Assembly (NCBI RefSeq): GCF_963921235.1
Contig: NC_086097.1
Coordinates: forward strand, 29,080,001-29,144,000
From: Mobula hypostoma
Lineage: Eukaryota
Reading direction: 5' to 3'
DNA: 64,000 nucleotides
In this document: piece after piece, positions 53,216 to 64,000 of the stretch
Position numbering within the stretch: position 1 is the first letter of the stretch
Layout of the letters: every line of letters starts with the position of its first letter
The notes under the pieces: model-generated
The model's input: the letters and a program-made list of their open reading frames with translations, nothing else
Database searches by the model: none
What the model was told of the DNA's origin: nothing
Program-made: the position numbers and the translations under genes

Positions 53216-53564
53216 CTGGCGGCAGACAGGAGCAGTGTTGCGTGTTCAGCGGCTGGCAACTGGACACGGCGCTGCAGCACGACACCCTGGTCGTGCCGGG
53301 GACGTAGTAATAATTGTAAGCCATCCTCGAACCCCCGACTGCCAGGCTGGGATGCTGAGGGGTCGGCGCCGGCGGAGGAGGAGGCGGAGGCGGAGGGGCG
53401 ACGGCCGGAGAATAGAGCCCCAGGTACTCCGTACTGGCACAGACCGTGTCCCCGGCGATGCCAGGGTACGCCGGCAGCGGAGCGGTGTGGAGCCCTGTCG
53501 AGTCCTTACAGTGAGACCTGCCTCCTGATAAAATACTATCGATGCTGAACATCTCCGCCGGCAT
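53216..53564 (-). CDS. gsc: goosecoid-family homeobox gene, coding exon 1 (eh1/GEH repressor motif, poly-Pro, Cys cluster)
   Basis: ATG at 53564 gives MPAEMFSIDSILSG..., with the eh1 motif FSIDSIL typical of goosecoid. It ends ...SCCSAVSSCQPLNTQHCSCLPP-G at donor CAG|GTAACT (GT 53215-53214). 349 nt, phase 1. An in-frame upstream ATG at 53573 (MLV-M) is an alternative start. Orthology to canonical GSC is uncertain. Confidence 0.93.
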
Positions 53565-53761
53565 CACCAACATCCGATAGAGGACCAAAGAATTCCGTCC
53601 TTGTGAGTAAACCAAGAGTTAAATCAACTTCCCAAAAATATGGTCATATACATACTCTACTGCACGATACAACAATTTTGCAACCTTGGCATACAAAATC
53701 AGATTGTGGCAGGAAGCTGGGACTCTTTATCACTACCCCTACTGAAAGGGTGTTCACAGGG

Positions 53762-53768
53762 TTTTATA
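53762..53768 (-). promoter_or_regulatory. TATA box of the gsc-family gene
   Basis: TATAAAA on the minus strand about 200 nt upstream of the ATG. Upstream of it lie TAATCC (53775-53780), a TGACGT CRE-like half-site (53781-53786) and CCAAT (53815-53819). Confidence 0.65.
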
Positions 53769-53909
53769 TGCACATAATCCACGTCATGGATTTTTTTAAC
53801 CCGTTGCTTATGTAATTGGAAGGGAAAACAAGATTTCTCTGGTTTTAATACCCCCTTCCTTTTTTTAATCTCTCCCCCTTCTCTCTCTCTCCAGGATCCT
53901 CTGCTCCCT

Positions 53910-53926
53910 GGATTAAAGAAATTAAC
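53910..53926 (-). promoter_or_regulatory. goosecoid proximal-element-like homeodomain site
   Basis: Minus strand GTTAATTTCTTTAATCC resembles the GTTAATTTCATTAAT core recalled for the vertebrate gsc proximal element. It includes a TAATCC K50 site. Confidence 0.5.
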
Positions 53927-54026
53927 TACGATTTTTGCACCTCCCGACTAAGCGTTAAAAAGGCTTTGTAATCGGGGTTTAAAGCGACCCCCAGTGCCTT
54001 CACCAGCGGCCCCTCCCCGCCAGCAG

Positions 54027-54052
54027 CTAATTACAGCGATTAATCCGATTAG
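54027..54052 (-). promoter_or_regulatory. goosecoid distal-element-like P3 paired-homeodomain palindrome
   Basis: Minus strand CTAATCGGATTAATCGCTGTAATTAG: a TAAT-N3-ATTA palindrome (54041-54051) plus a downstream AATTAG. This is the layout recalled for the Xenopus gsc distal element (TAATCAGATTAACGGTGAGCAATTAG). Confidence 0.65.
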
Positions 54053-56799
54053 TGGCATAAACCGGTTTGCAAACACTCCCCATCCGAAGCCCCAACTTCC
54101 TTAAATCCTCTTCAATCATAAATCTCCCCCCACCCCCGCCATCTCTCTCCGCGAACCCAAGACAACTCAGAGGCCTTAAATTGAAACTCTTTCAATGTTT
54201 GTGAGCACCGATTTAGCAAATGCTGTAGCGCCAGGGACAACGCGTTCATTAGACAGTGGTAGTTTTTCTATTATATTTTAAGATTGTTTTAATTATTCGA
54301 TTGACCTTGAGTCTTACAGTGAGGGTTTGTTCGGAGTTTTGCAAGAAAACGTAATACTTTGCTATATAAAATTACAACCCTGTTTTACACCCCCGTCCCC
54401 ATCAGAGAGCTCTTCTATTCGTTGTCTATCCGTCGCCTCAACGAGATATATCCGTACAAGATTCACACCTACAACATAAACAAATACGTTTTAATTGTAT
54501 TTGTTTATAGTATAAGTAAGTGCATTTTAAATCATAGATAACTGTAAATAGCTAACTGCCTTATAACAACATATACTTACAGGCACATTTATTTCCGCAC
54601 GTCAATCGTTCTTTGTCCACTTGCATACTAATATATCTATCTATAAATTATGTATAAATTATCTGTGCGTTCTCTATGTGCCTTGAATGCTGCTGTAAGC
54701 ATGGTTTTCATCGTACCTGCACCTCACCGTAATTGTGTACATGGCAATGAATTCGACTTGACCGATTGTCTTTCTCCCTCCATCTATCAGGTTGCCTGTC
54801 TGAATTCCTTCAGCCTCTCTGTCTGCCTCTCCCTCAAACAATCTCTCTATCCATTCTCGTGTTTCCCTTTGTCTGCCTGTCTCCATCTCTCTTCCTCTGT
54901 CGACATCTCTTTCCCTGTTTATCTACACACTCTCTCTTACTCGCTCTCTCTCTACCTCCATCCATTTAGTTCTATCTGCCCATCTATCACTTTATCTATC
55001 TATCTATCCCTTACTATCTATTTATATCAGAATCAGGTTCTTACCGCTATTTATCTATCTGTCATGTTATCTATTTCTCGCCATTTATTTATCCATCGTT
55101 TTATCTATCTTTCGCTATCTATTTATCGTTTTATCCTATCTATTTTTCAGTCTTTCTATTGCTCATCACCTATCTAACTGCAAACCCCCACCCCCGTCTA
55201 TGCGCCCCCTCCTCTGTGTCTTCATTATCTCTTTATCCATCGACCCTTTCTCCTGCCCACCTGGTGTGCCCGGCTCCCCATTCCTCCGCTGGTTTGGCCG
55301 CAACCTCCCCGCCAGGAAACCGCCTTCCCCCGGCCGTTTCTGTGCAGAACTCCACGGATAAATTCAACACTTTCACTCTGTTCAAATGCCGTAAACGCGG
55401 AGAAACATTCGCCGCCGCGAAATTAAATCTAAAATTGTTTGATATTGCGTTTAATCTGTGAAAGCATTATTATACAGGAGAAGAAAAATAAACATCTTAA
55501 ATCATGCGATAAATCCGAGAAAGGAATTCATTAAATAGAAATGAAATCAACCTTTTATAACCGTGGATATCAAAGTAAAGGGTGGAAGTATATTTCATTA
55601 TAAAAAAAATTAAAACGGACAATTTAGGGTTGACGAACATAACCGAAGTTATTTCAGCGAAAGGGGTCTGTGGAGAGTCCAAGAATTTACACAGCCTCAG
55701 CGGTAAATGAGGCAATCCCAGCCATTTGAAGTTAAACGTCTGAGAAAATCAAAATATTTTATTTACAATCATTAATAGCAAGATTCGACAGACGGTTATA
55801 GGAAGGCGGGAGGTCAAGCAGTATCTGTGGGGACGAAGTGTTGGTTGAAGTTTGGAATCGAGCCGCTGTCTTCCTCCAGCAGATGATACTTTGCTGCAGA
55901 GACTGGAGTCTACAATCTCTTCTGTGCCTGACAGCAAATAAACGCAGTCTCCAGAGTTCATCGCCGAGAAAGGATCGACAAGCGGCATTTAACACAACCG
56001 AAGTTTACCTGAAGCTTTGGCTCCTCAAGAGTAACACCGCTTTCAAACTCCACCTCACCTCAGCTCTGAACTGATTCCACAACCCGTGGACTCGCTTTCA
56101 AGAGCTCTACGGCTCGTGTTCTCAATATGATTTATTACATTATTATTATTTGTGTGCTTTTTTGTACTTGCAGTTTATCTTTTGCACATTGGTCGTTTGT
56201 CCGTCTTTATTTGCATATAGTTTTTCATTGATTCTATTGTGTTGCTTTGTAGCTACTGCGTATGCCCGCTAGAAAATGTATTTCAGGGTAGTATGTGGTG
56301 GCAATTTACGTTGAACTTTGAATTTATCATTGTGAATTTAAAACTTCGCATTATAATTCCATAACAGACATGGGTTAAAGTGATTCGAGTTTCTCGGCGA
56401 GATTCCGCCCATCGACCGCAGAAACTATTACCAGAGTCACCCATGTGGGAAACATTAGCGGATCATTCACTTGTGTTTTATATTCAGGAAGCGGGTTTCA
56501 CACTGTTTTACAAACCACGAGCAAATGACCCCAATAATCCCTCGCCAGGATCCAATGGATCTACTAAAGGGACTGGGGAAAGACCCTCTGCGAACCGATA
56601 TGGAAGAACACAGCACAGAAACAGGCCCTTCGGCCCGCAACGTCGTGCCGTGCTCATTAAGATAATGATATCCGATTAAACCAATTTCCTTCTGCATGCA
56701 CACGGATTCTCTGTACGTTCAAAGCGCCTCTCTCCCCAGCATTCACTTCAGTTAACACATTAACACTCATATTAAACAGATGATATAGTCATTCACATT

Positions 56800-56801
56800 A
56801 G

Positions 56802-56846
<45 letters not shown>

Positions 56847-57001
56847 ATACATACACACTCGCACAAATACACACACACATACACATACACATACACACGC
56901 ACACATACACACACACAAATACACACATACGCACGCATACACACACACACACAAATACACAGATACACACACAGAAACACACACACACACACACACACAC
57001 A
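56800..57001 (+). repeat. (CG)n-(CA)n compound microsatellite
   Basis: Direct inspection. Confidence 0.92.
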
Positions 57002-58359
57002 ACCGACAAAATGCTGGAGGAACTCAGCAGGTCAGGCAGCATCTATGAAGGGGTAGAAACAGTCGACGTTTCGGGCTCTGATCGACGCCCGAAATGTCGA
57101 CTGTTCTCTTTGTCGGTGTTACTCTGAATTTACAGCATCTGCAGAATCTTTTGTATTTATTCCTCACACATATCCACAATAAGGTCCTTAAACACTCAGC
57201 CACCAAACAGCAAGTGCGTATATTCAATCCTGATTAAAGGTCCACGTCTGGGTCTGAGTTTATTCCCCTCCACAGGTGCTGCCTGAACCGCGGGGTTCCT
57301 CCAGCACTTTCTATGGGTTCTACACATTCATACATCCCAGTTTATGGCGATAATAACATACACTTCGCTAATTCATGCGTGCAAACAGACAGCTCGCAGT
57401 TCCGCACGACTGATTGCGATCATAAGAAACAACGCAGGACCAGTTTGAAGTTACGCATTCACGCTCGGTCTGGCATTCTGATGCTCGGATGCAGCCACGC
57501 ACTCGCACAGATTCGTTCAGTCCCCTGCCTGCATCCGTACACCATCACTCCTAATGTCGACAGACGGAGCAAAGACACAAAAGCGGGAGTCGGCTAATAC
57601 AGTCCTTCCAATCCGTTCTACCACACAGTTACACTAGCTCCACTTCTCCGCACTTTCCCCAAATCCTTTGACAGAGTTAATTCCCCAAAATATAACTGTT
57701 CAAACAGACATTTTGTTCGCGCACTTTCGATAGTTAATGAAAAACACAAGCCCGTGAGGCTTTCTCCTTGTCTCCTGAGCCAATCCTCCATCCTGTTCCT
57801 TAAGCAGACACTTGGACGGGTACATGGATAGGAAAGGTTTGGTGGGATGGGAACCAAGCGCAGGAAGGCACCTTGCTCAGCATGGGCGAATTGGATCGAG
57901 GAGCCTGTTCCTTGCTGCACAACGCTACACTGCAGTTGTGGGATCTTCCCTCGCCCTTCCTGCAGCAGCGACTACCTATCAAAAATGCAAGCAGACTGTT
58001 AAGCGTTTGGCCCGTGAAAAGTGTCTCGGTTTCACGTCTTGTCTCGTTTACACGAACCCACATTCCTGAGGTCGTCCATACAAACCCACGCCTGGAGTAA
58101 CACCGCGATACGCTCGTCACATCAGTTTACAAGTCTACTTTCATATTCCCATTTGAGTTCAGGTTCATGGAGAGCAGCCTTGTCAAACTTGACCTGGTGC
58201 TTGTCAAACTCGGCTGGTGCACGTCCCACAGGTAGAACAATACTCGACGGGAATCCTGATGGGGAAAACGGGGAATTCAGAGCAGGACATGAAGAAATTG
58301 TCGATGCGGCCAGATTAAATTTATTTGTATTTCTGTCTGTTCTTCGATTTCAATCACCG

Positions 58360-58745
58360 TGACACACGGAGTTACACACACACACACATACATATACACA
58401 GTGACACTACTAACACATTGCTCACATTGCCACCCACTCACGCATTGTGCTCACTACGTCTCACTCACAAACGCGCACAAACTTTACACACATACTACAA
58501 CACGTTGCACACTACTACTCGCTAACAAACACGCACACTATGCGCACTACCTCTCACACGCATTGTGCACAGCACTACTCACTACGCTGTCCAAACTGCT
58601 ACTCTCTCTCACACATGCACCGTGCACACTACTACTCACAAACACACACACACACGCACACACTATAGACGCCTGGCTTACTATAGACAGACAAACTTAA
58701 ACACATTCACTCACTCGCGGGCGTGTACACATACACAAACACATG
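58360..58745 (+). repeat. degenerate CA-rich low-complexity tract
   Basis: ACAC/ACTAC-rich repeats. Confidence 0.7.
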
Positions 58746-59765
58746 TATCCCCAGCAGCTGACACATAAAATATCCAAATATATATATATATATAATCAAT
58801 TTACTGGTTAAAACCTGTAACTTGAGGTAGGGACTTTTAACTGGCGCTCTATACGATGCTTAGATGGTGACACTGGGCCCAGATGATATTTCACATTTTC
58901 GTGATTATTCACGTCCCTCTCTTCTTCGGTCTCATACACAATTTAAAACGCAGTGTCTGGGTGGCGCATTGCCTTAAACCGCGCATGGCGATACCCTATA
59001 AAAAGTATGGCGCTATCGTCTGTCTGGACCTTACAGGCCTTCGCACCTTCACCTGTCTCCGATTCACTCAGCAAAAGAGCAGACCCTTCGGCCCATCATA
59101 CTAATTAAACACCTAACTAAATTAATCTCTCTGCCCACACCAAGTCCTATCGTTCCGTTCTCAGCATCACGATGCGATTATCTAAGAGCTTTATGGTATG
59201 TGACTCCACCCCTGGTAGCGCCTTCGCTGCATCCAACCACCTTGCAGATCACACACAGCTAGATCTAAATTTTTGTCAAATATTCATTACAGATGTCATG
59301 TGAACCTTCCTGTGTGTTCCGCTCACCTGCGCGCACACTTAGGCTCAAACAGAAATCCCAATGTTTTCCCGCGTACACTAGTGTAAATGTGTGTGTACCC
59401 ACTTACAAACTCGGTGTGGTGTGTGCCTGTACGTACTCCTGTATAGCCCTGTCCTTCGCGGCATCGCGCCGGCCACATTACAGACGGAGATAACGATAAG
59501 GCCGAGGAATGTGACGGGAGAGGCGTTTAGTGCCGGACTGTGAAGTGTTCTCCACCCGAGGGTCTGGGCACAGGGAGACGGCAAGCCTCCACTCCAAAAA
59601 AAAACAAGGGAAGATCACTTGTTCATATACACAGTTTACAAAATAAAGTGATCCCACGTGTGGTATAAAGCCAAACTCAGGAGGCATTGTCCATTCTCAT
59701 GGCAGGATCAATATTCCACCCAGTGAGGTACAATACAACTGTCAAAGTGCCGACGTGCGCGGACC

Positions 59766-59766
59766 T

Positions 59767-59809
<43 letters not shown>

Positions 59810-60160
59810 CGCGCGCGCGTGTGTGCGTGCGTGTGTGTGTGACAGTGTGTGTGTGAGAGAGAGTGTGTGTGTGTATGTGCGTGTGTGTATGTGTGCGTGT
59901 GTGTGTGTGAGTGTGTGTGTGTGTGAGTGTGTGTGTGAGTGTGTGTGTGCGAGTGTGTGTGTGTGTGAGAGAGAGAGTGTGTGTGTGAGAGAGAGTGTGT
60001 GTGTGTGCGTGTGTGTGTGTGAGTGTGTGTGTGTGTGCGTGTGTGTGTGCGTGAGTGTGTGTGTGTGCGTGTGTGTGAGAGAGAGAGTGAGTGTGTGCGT
60101 GTGTGTGAGAGAGAGAGAGAGAGAGTGTGTGTGTGTGTGTGCGTGTGAACGAGAGAGAGG
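59766..60160 (+). repeat. (TG)n/(CG)n/(GA)n compound microsatellite
   Basis: About 400 bp of alternating repeats, including a pure (GC)n run at about 59801-59819. Confidence 0.93.
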
Positions 60161-61915
60161 GGGGGCAATGAATACGTGAATATGTCTGTGACGGAGAAGC
60201 CAAACGCGTACTGTATAGGAGAGTGTGTACGTGTGTGAAACAGGACGAGTGTGTACATGGAAGAGAAGGAAGGCGTGTACACGTGTGTGCGAGAGAAGAA
60301 GTTGGGTAAGTATGCACATGTGAGTGTTTATATCTTTAATGTGTTTGAGAGGAGGCGGGTGTGCATGTGTTTGGGAGGGGGACCAATTGTACACGGTTGC
60401 ATGTGTGTGAGAGAACCAGTGTGTGTAGATGTCTGGTGAGAGAGTAAATAAGTCGGCGAGTGTGCGTGTGTCATCTGGAGGGAGCTTCTCTCTGTCATAT
60501 TTACTCACCGCCATCCTTCCGACCCAGACTTTATCCGCCCGGGGTTACCTGCTCTCATCTCCCGGGTTACCGCAGTTTGCACAGATTGTAACACCGGATG
60601 TAAATGAATTTTGCAAAGGCGGCAACGCGGATTTCCAAATTAGGTACTGCGTGGCTTGTCTCAAACAGAAATCGCGAGCAAATAAATTGCTTAATGTTTG
60701 AGAAGGGGTCAAGATTCCGCGCGTAGCCAGATTTTAACACTAAGTGTGAGTTGAAGGAATCTCCTTTAACACATTGACCGTGTACTGGACTTTAATCGCT
60801 GTTAATGAGTTTCAAAACATTTCTGCAGATTTGGTTATCTGACAAACTCCTCGAGTGGAAAACTGTGTTGCTTGTGTTGCAACCCGGTTCTAACTGCAAT
60901 ACTTGAGGCGCAAAACCCGGCTAATTTAGATGCTAGCAGCAGTGTGGAAAATACACTTTACCAGGTAAAATTAACTAGCTCTTGGGGAGTTACATTGTTT
61001 GCAAAATTGTGCTTTTTAGAAAAATACAAAGGACGCTCCACATGTGTCCCAACATGGAAAATTCCGATTATTCCATGGCATTGAAACGGAGATGGGGGTT
61101 TAAACAGCGTTGATTATATTTAAACATTGTTAATTTATTTTAAGGGATTAGACAGGCCTACAGAGGAAGCGGAGGTGAGGGAGGTGAGTTGCCCAGGGGT
61201 TGGACAGAGGGAGAGAGAGTGAGAGGGAGAGAATAGTTTACGGGATAACTTCTAGCAATATTCTTTTCGACTGATTGCAAAGAAAATGGAATAAATAGAC
61301 CATACAATATTTTACTTATGTAACTGTAACAGAGAGACGCACATATTTTCACTGTTTATTAGTTTTGTTTCCGAAGGAGGTATAACAGGTTCATTACAAA
61401 AGTTCGATTGTTTTAAACAAAAAGTTATTTTATCTTTATAAAGCAGTCGGAGATTAGGGTAGATTTCTTTCTTTCTGCGCGAGAAGTCAGTCACGAACGA
61501 TCGATTGAATGCGAAAGAAAACGTGAATTTTGTACTTACCCAGCAGTGGGCAGGCGGGCGGTAGTGCGAGACCGATGTCTCGCCTCTCGCCCCGCGAGAG
61601 ACCAGCGCTCAGCCACGACCGCTGCCTGCCCAATGTCCGGGATATTCAGACGGTAGCACGCTGAAACCGTGCCTTCTAAAGCAGGCGAAGGTATTCTTGA
61701 AGGCGGAAACGGGTTGAGAGCAACTCCCAGACCACGGAGCAGGCAGCGTTTGGTTGGATTTGCCAGTTCGAAACGATTAAATCGGAGAAGTCGGCGATTT
61801 AGTTAAAAGTGGAAAGGCATGATCATTTTCGAATCATAACTGAACGAAATACGAGTTTATACCAGGCTCTATGAATAAATACAAAACTCAGGGGCACTCT
61901 GCTCCAGGGGGGAAA

Positions 61916-62051
61916 CTCTCTCTCTCTCACGCACACACACATACACACACACACACACACACACTTTCTCTCTCTCACACACAGACACACTCTCTCACGC
62001 ACACACACACACACACACACTTTCTCTCTCTCACACACAGACACACTCTCT

Positions 62052-62082
<31 letters not shown>

Positions 62083-62260
62083 TTTCTCTCTCACACACAC
62101 AGACACACTCTCTCACGCACACACACACGCACTTTCTCTCTCCCACGCACACACACACATACACTTTCTCACTCTCTCATACACACACACTTTCTTTCTC
62201 CCTCTCTCTCTCTCTCTCTCTCTCATACACACACTCTTTCTCTCTCTCTCACCTCTCACA
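61916..62260 (+). repeat. (CT)n/(CA)n compound microsatellite with higher-order ~56-62 bp period
   Basis: Unit TTTCTCTCTCTCACACACAGACACACTCTCTCACGCACACAC... recurs about three times. Confidence 0.88.
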
Positions 62261-62929
62261 CAGTCTCCCGAACAGGCACACACACACCGTCAGCGAGATG
62301 TAATAGGCGACTGCAGAAACCGAGAGAGAGTACACGGTGACACACATAAACACACAACCGCAGTGTTCCAAAGCTTAACAGCCCAAACACTGACGCAGAC
62401 AAAATAAAGAATTTGGGGAATTCCATAAACACACAAGAGCTATTGAATACGATTGTAAGGACTATATTACAAGTGAACTTGTACAAACTTCTAAAAACGT
62501 TTAAACAGTAAGCAGAGCACTCCCGATGATTAATTTTTTGATCATTCGCATTTTCTGTGTTTCTACGGGAGCGAAAAGGGTGCGGAATTTCAATGATTGT
62601 TCCCCTCTCCTCCCCAACCCCGCTGAAATCCTCTGGTCAGTGATCGAATTTGATCTCGGCCCTGCCTATGCGTCAACCGGCTGATTTTACAATAGGTGCA
62701 ACCTCGGCCACAGTAACAAGTACTTTTCACACAAATAACTTTAATGAGTCTCACATCTTCTATTCAAAATAACACTAAAGTAAAAGCTACAGACGTCGAA
62801 TAATCTGAACTAAAAACAGAATCACTCTCGAAAGCTTGGCTCAGGCATTTTAGTCGGCAGGGACTAGTTGGGCCGAAGGGTCTGTTTCAGAGCTGCTTGA
62901 CAGGATGACTAAAACGAGGCAAAGGATTA

Positions 62930-63910
62930 TGGATAGAATAAATGTATGTCAATGTCTTGGATTATGGGATTAATAGATTTGTGGCTAAATTTGCCGATGA
63001 TATAAAGATAGGTGGAGGAGCGGGTAGTGTTGAGGAAACAGAGCCTGCAGAGAGACTTAGATAGTTTAGGGGAATGGGCAAAGAAGGGGCAAATGAAATA
63101 CAATGTTGGAAATTGTATGGTCATGCACTTTGGTGGAAGAAATAAATGGGCAGACTATTTTTTAGATGGGGAGAGAATTCAAAATGCAGGATACAAAGGG
63201 ACTTGGGAGTTCTTGTGCAGGATACCCTAAAGGTTAACCTCCAGGTTGAGTCAGTGGTGAAGAAGGCAAACGCAATGTTGGCATTAATTTCTAGAGGTAT
63301 AGAATATAAGAGCAGGGATATGATGTTGAGGCTTTATAAGGCAGTCATGAGACCACACCTGCAGTATTGTGTGCAGTTTTGGGCTCCTTATTTTAGAAGG
63401 GATATACTGACATTGGAGAGGGTTCAGAGAAGATTCACGAGAATGATTCCAGGAATGAAAGGGTTACCCTTTGAGGAGTGTCTGGCAGCTCTTGGGCTGT
63501 ATTCCCTGGAGTTCAGGAGAATGGGGGGGGGGGTGGATCTCATAGAGACATTCTGAATGTTAAAAGGCCTGAAAAGATTAGATATGGCAAAGTTATTTCC
63601 CATGGTAGGGGAATCTAGGACAAGAGGGCACAACTTCAGGATTGAAGGATGTCCATTTAGAACAGAGATGCGGAGAAATTACTTTAGTCAGAAGGTGGTA
63701 AATCTGTGGAATCAGCGTCTGTGGAGGCCAAGTCATTGGGTGTATTTAAGGCAGAGATAGATAGGTTCTTGATTAGCCAGGGCATCAACGGGTGAAAGCA
63801 AGGGAGCGGGGATGACTGGAAGAATTGGATCAGCCCATGATTGAATGGTGGGGCAGACTCGATGGGCCGAATGGCCTACTTCTACTCCTATATTTATGGT
63901 CTTATGGATG
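62930..63910 (+). mobile_element. CR1 LINE 3' ~1 kb
   Basis: KFADD motif at about 62987, then QRDLGVLVQDTLKV...LYKAVMRPHLQYCVQFWAPY...ESRTRGHNFRI and the 3' UTR tail. Confidence 0.9.
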
Positions 63911-64000
63911 GAATAAACAGATGGGAGGACCTGTATTCCCAGAATGAAATTCCTGTTATGTAAATGTCCTTATGTATTATATTTCAGTCACTTTGAGTCA

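Noticed and set aside
53066..53548. 160-aa plus-strand ORF antisense to exon 1
   Set aside because: Expected shadow ORF of GC-rich coding sequence; no recognisable domain.
23255..53564. Assignment as GSC2/GSCL, or as a pseudogene
   Set aside because: The homeodomain and C-terminus are GSC-type, not GSC2-type, and the reading frame, splice sites and promoter elements are intact.
53565..53615. N-terminal extension MVYSQGRNSLVLYR of the exon-1 ORF
   Set aside because: The track's start is a non-ATG codon. Homology places the start at MPAEM (53564), or at most at the ATG at 53573.
59677..60514. 200-268 aa His/Thr-rich ORFs
   Set aside because: Translations of (CA)n/(TG)n microsatellites; the same applies to 56767-57042 and 61823-62407.

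Overview
Eukaryotic, repeat-rich vertebrate DNA. The mix of CR1 LINEs, V-domain tRNA-SINEs, Rex1/Babar LINEs and Penelope-like elements points to a cartilaginous fish, probably a ray (inference). One protein-coding gene is supported: a minus-strand, three-exon goosecoid-family K50 homeobox gene. Its coding exons are 53564-53216, 41996-41737 and 23422-23255 (777 nt, 258 aa), and the ORF track missed exon 3. The gene is unusual. It spans about 30 kb with transposon-filled introns of 11.2 and 18.3 kb, is clearly diverged from canonical GSC outside the homeodomain, and is not GSC2, so it may be an extra goosecoid paralogue. Its promoter still has a TATA box and elements resembling the goosecoid distal and proximal elements. 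Other highlights: Penelope-like fragments carrying minimal hammerhead ribozyme motifs (two intact copies sense-oriented in the introns, several in palindromic arrangements), a decayed full-length Tc1 transposon with nested insertions, a minisatellite grown from a SINE A-box, a GC-rich three-way-junction fold upstream of the gene, a roughly 13 kb CpG-retaining domain, and several candidate enhancer islands. Transposon boundaries are approximate, read by eye; comparisons with reference sequences are from memory.
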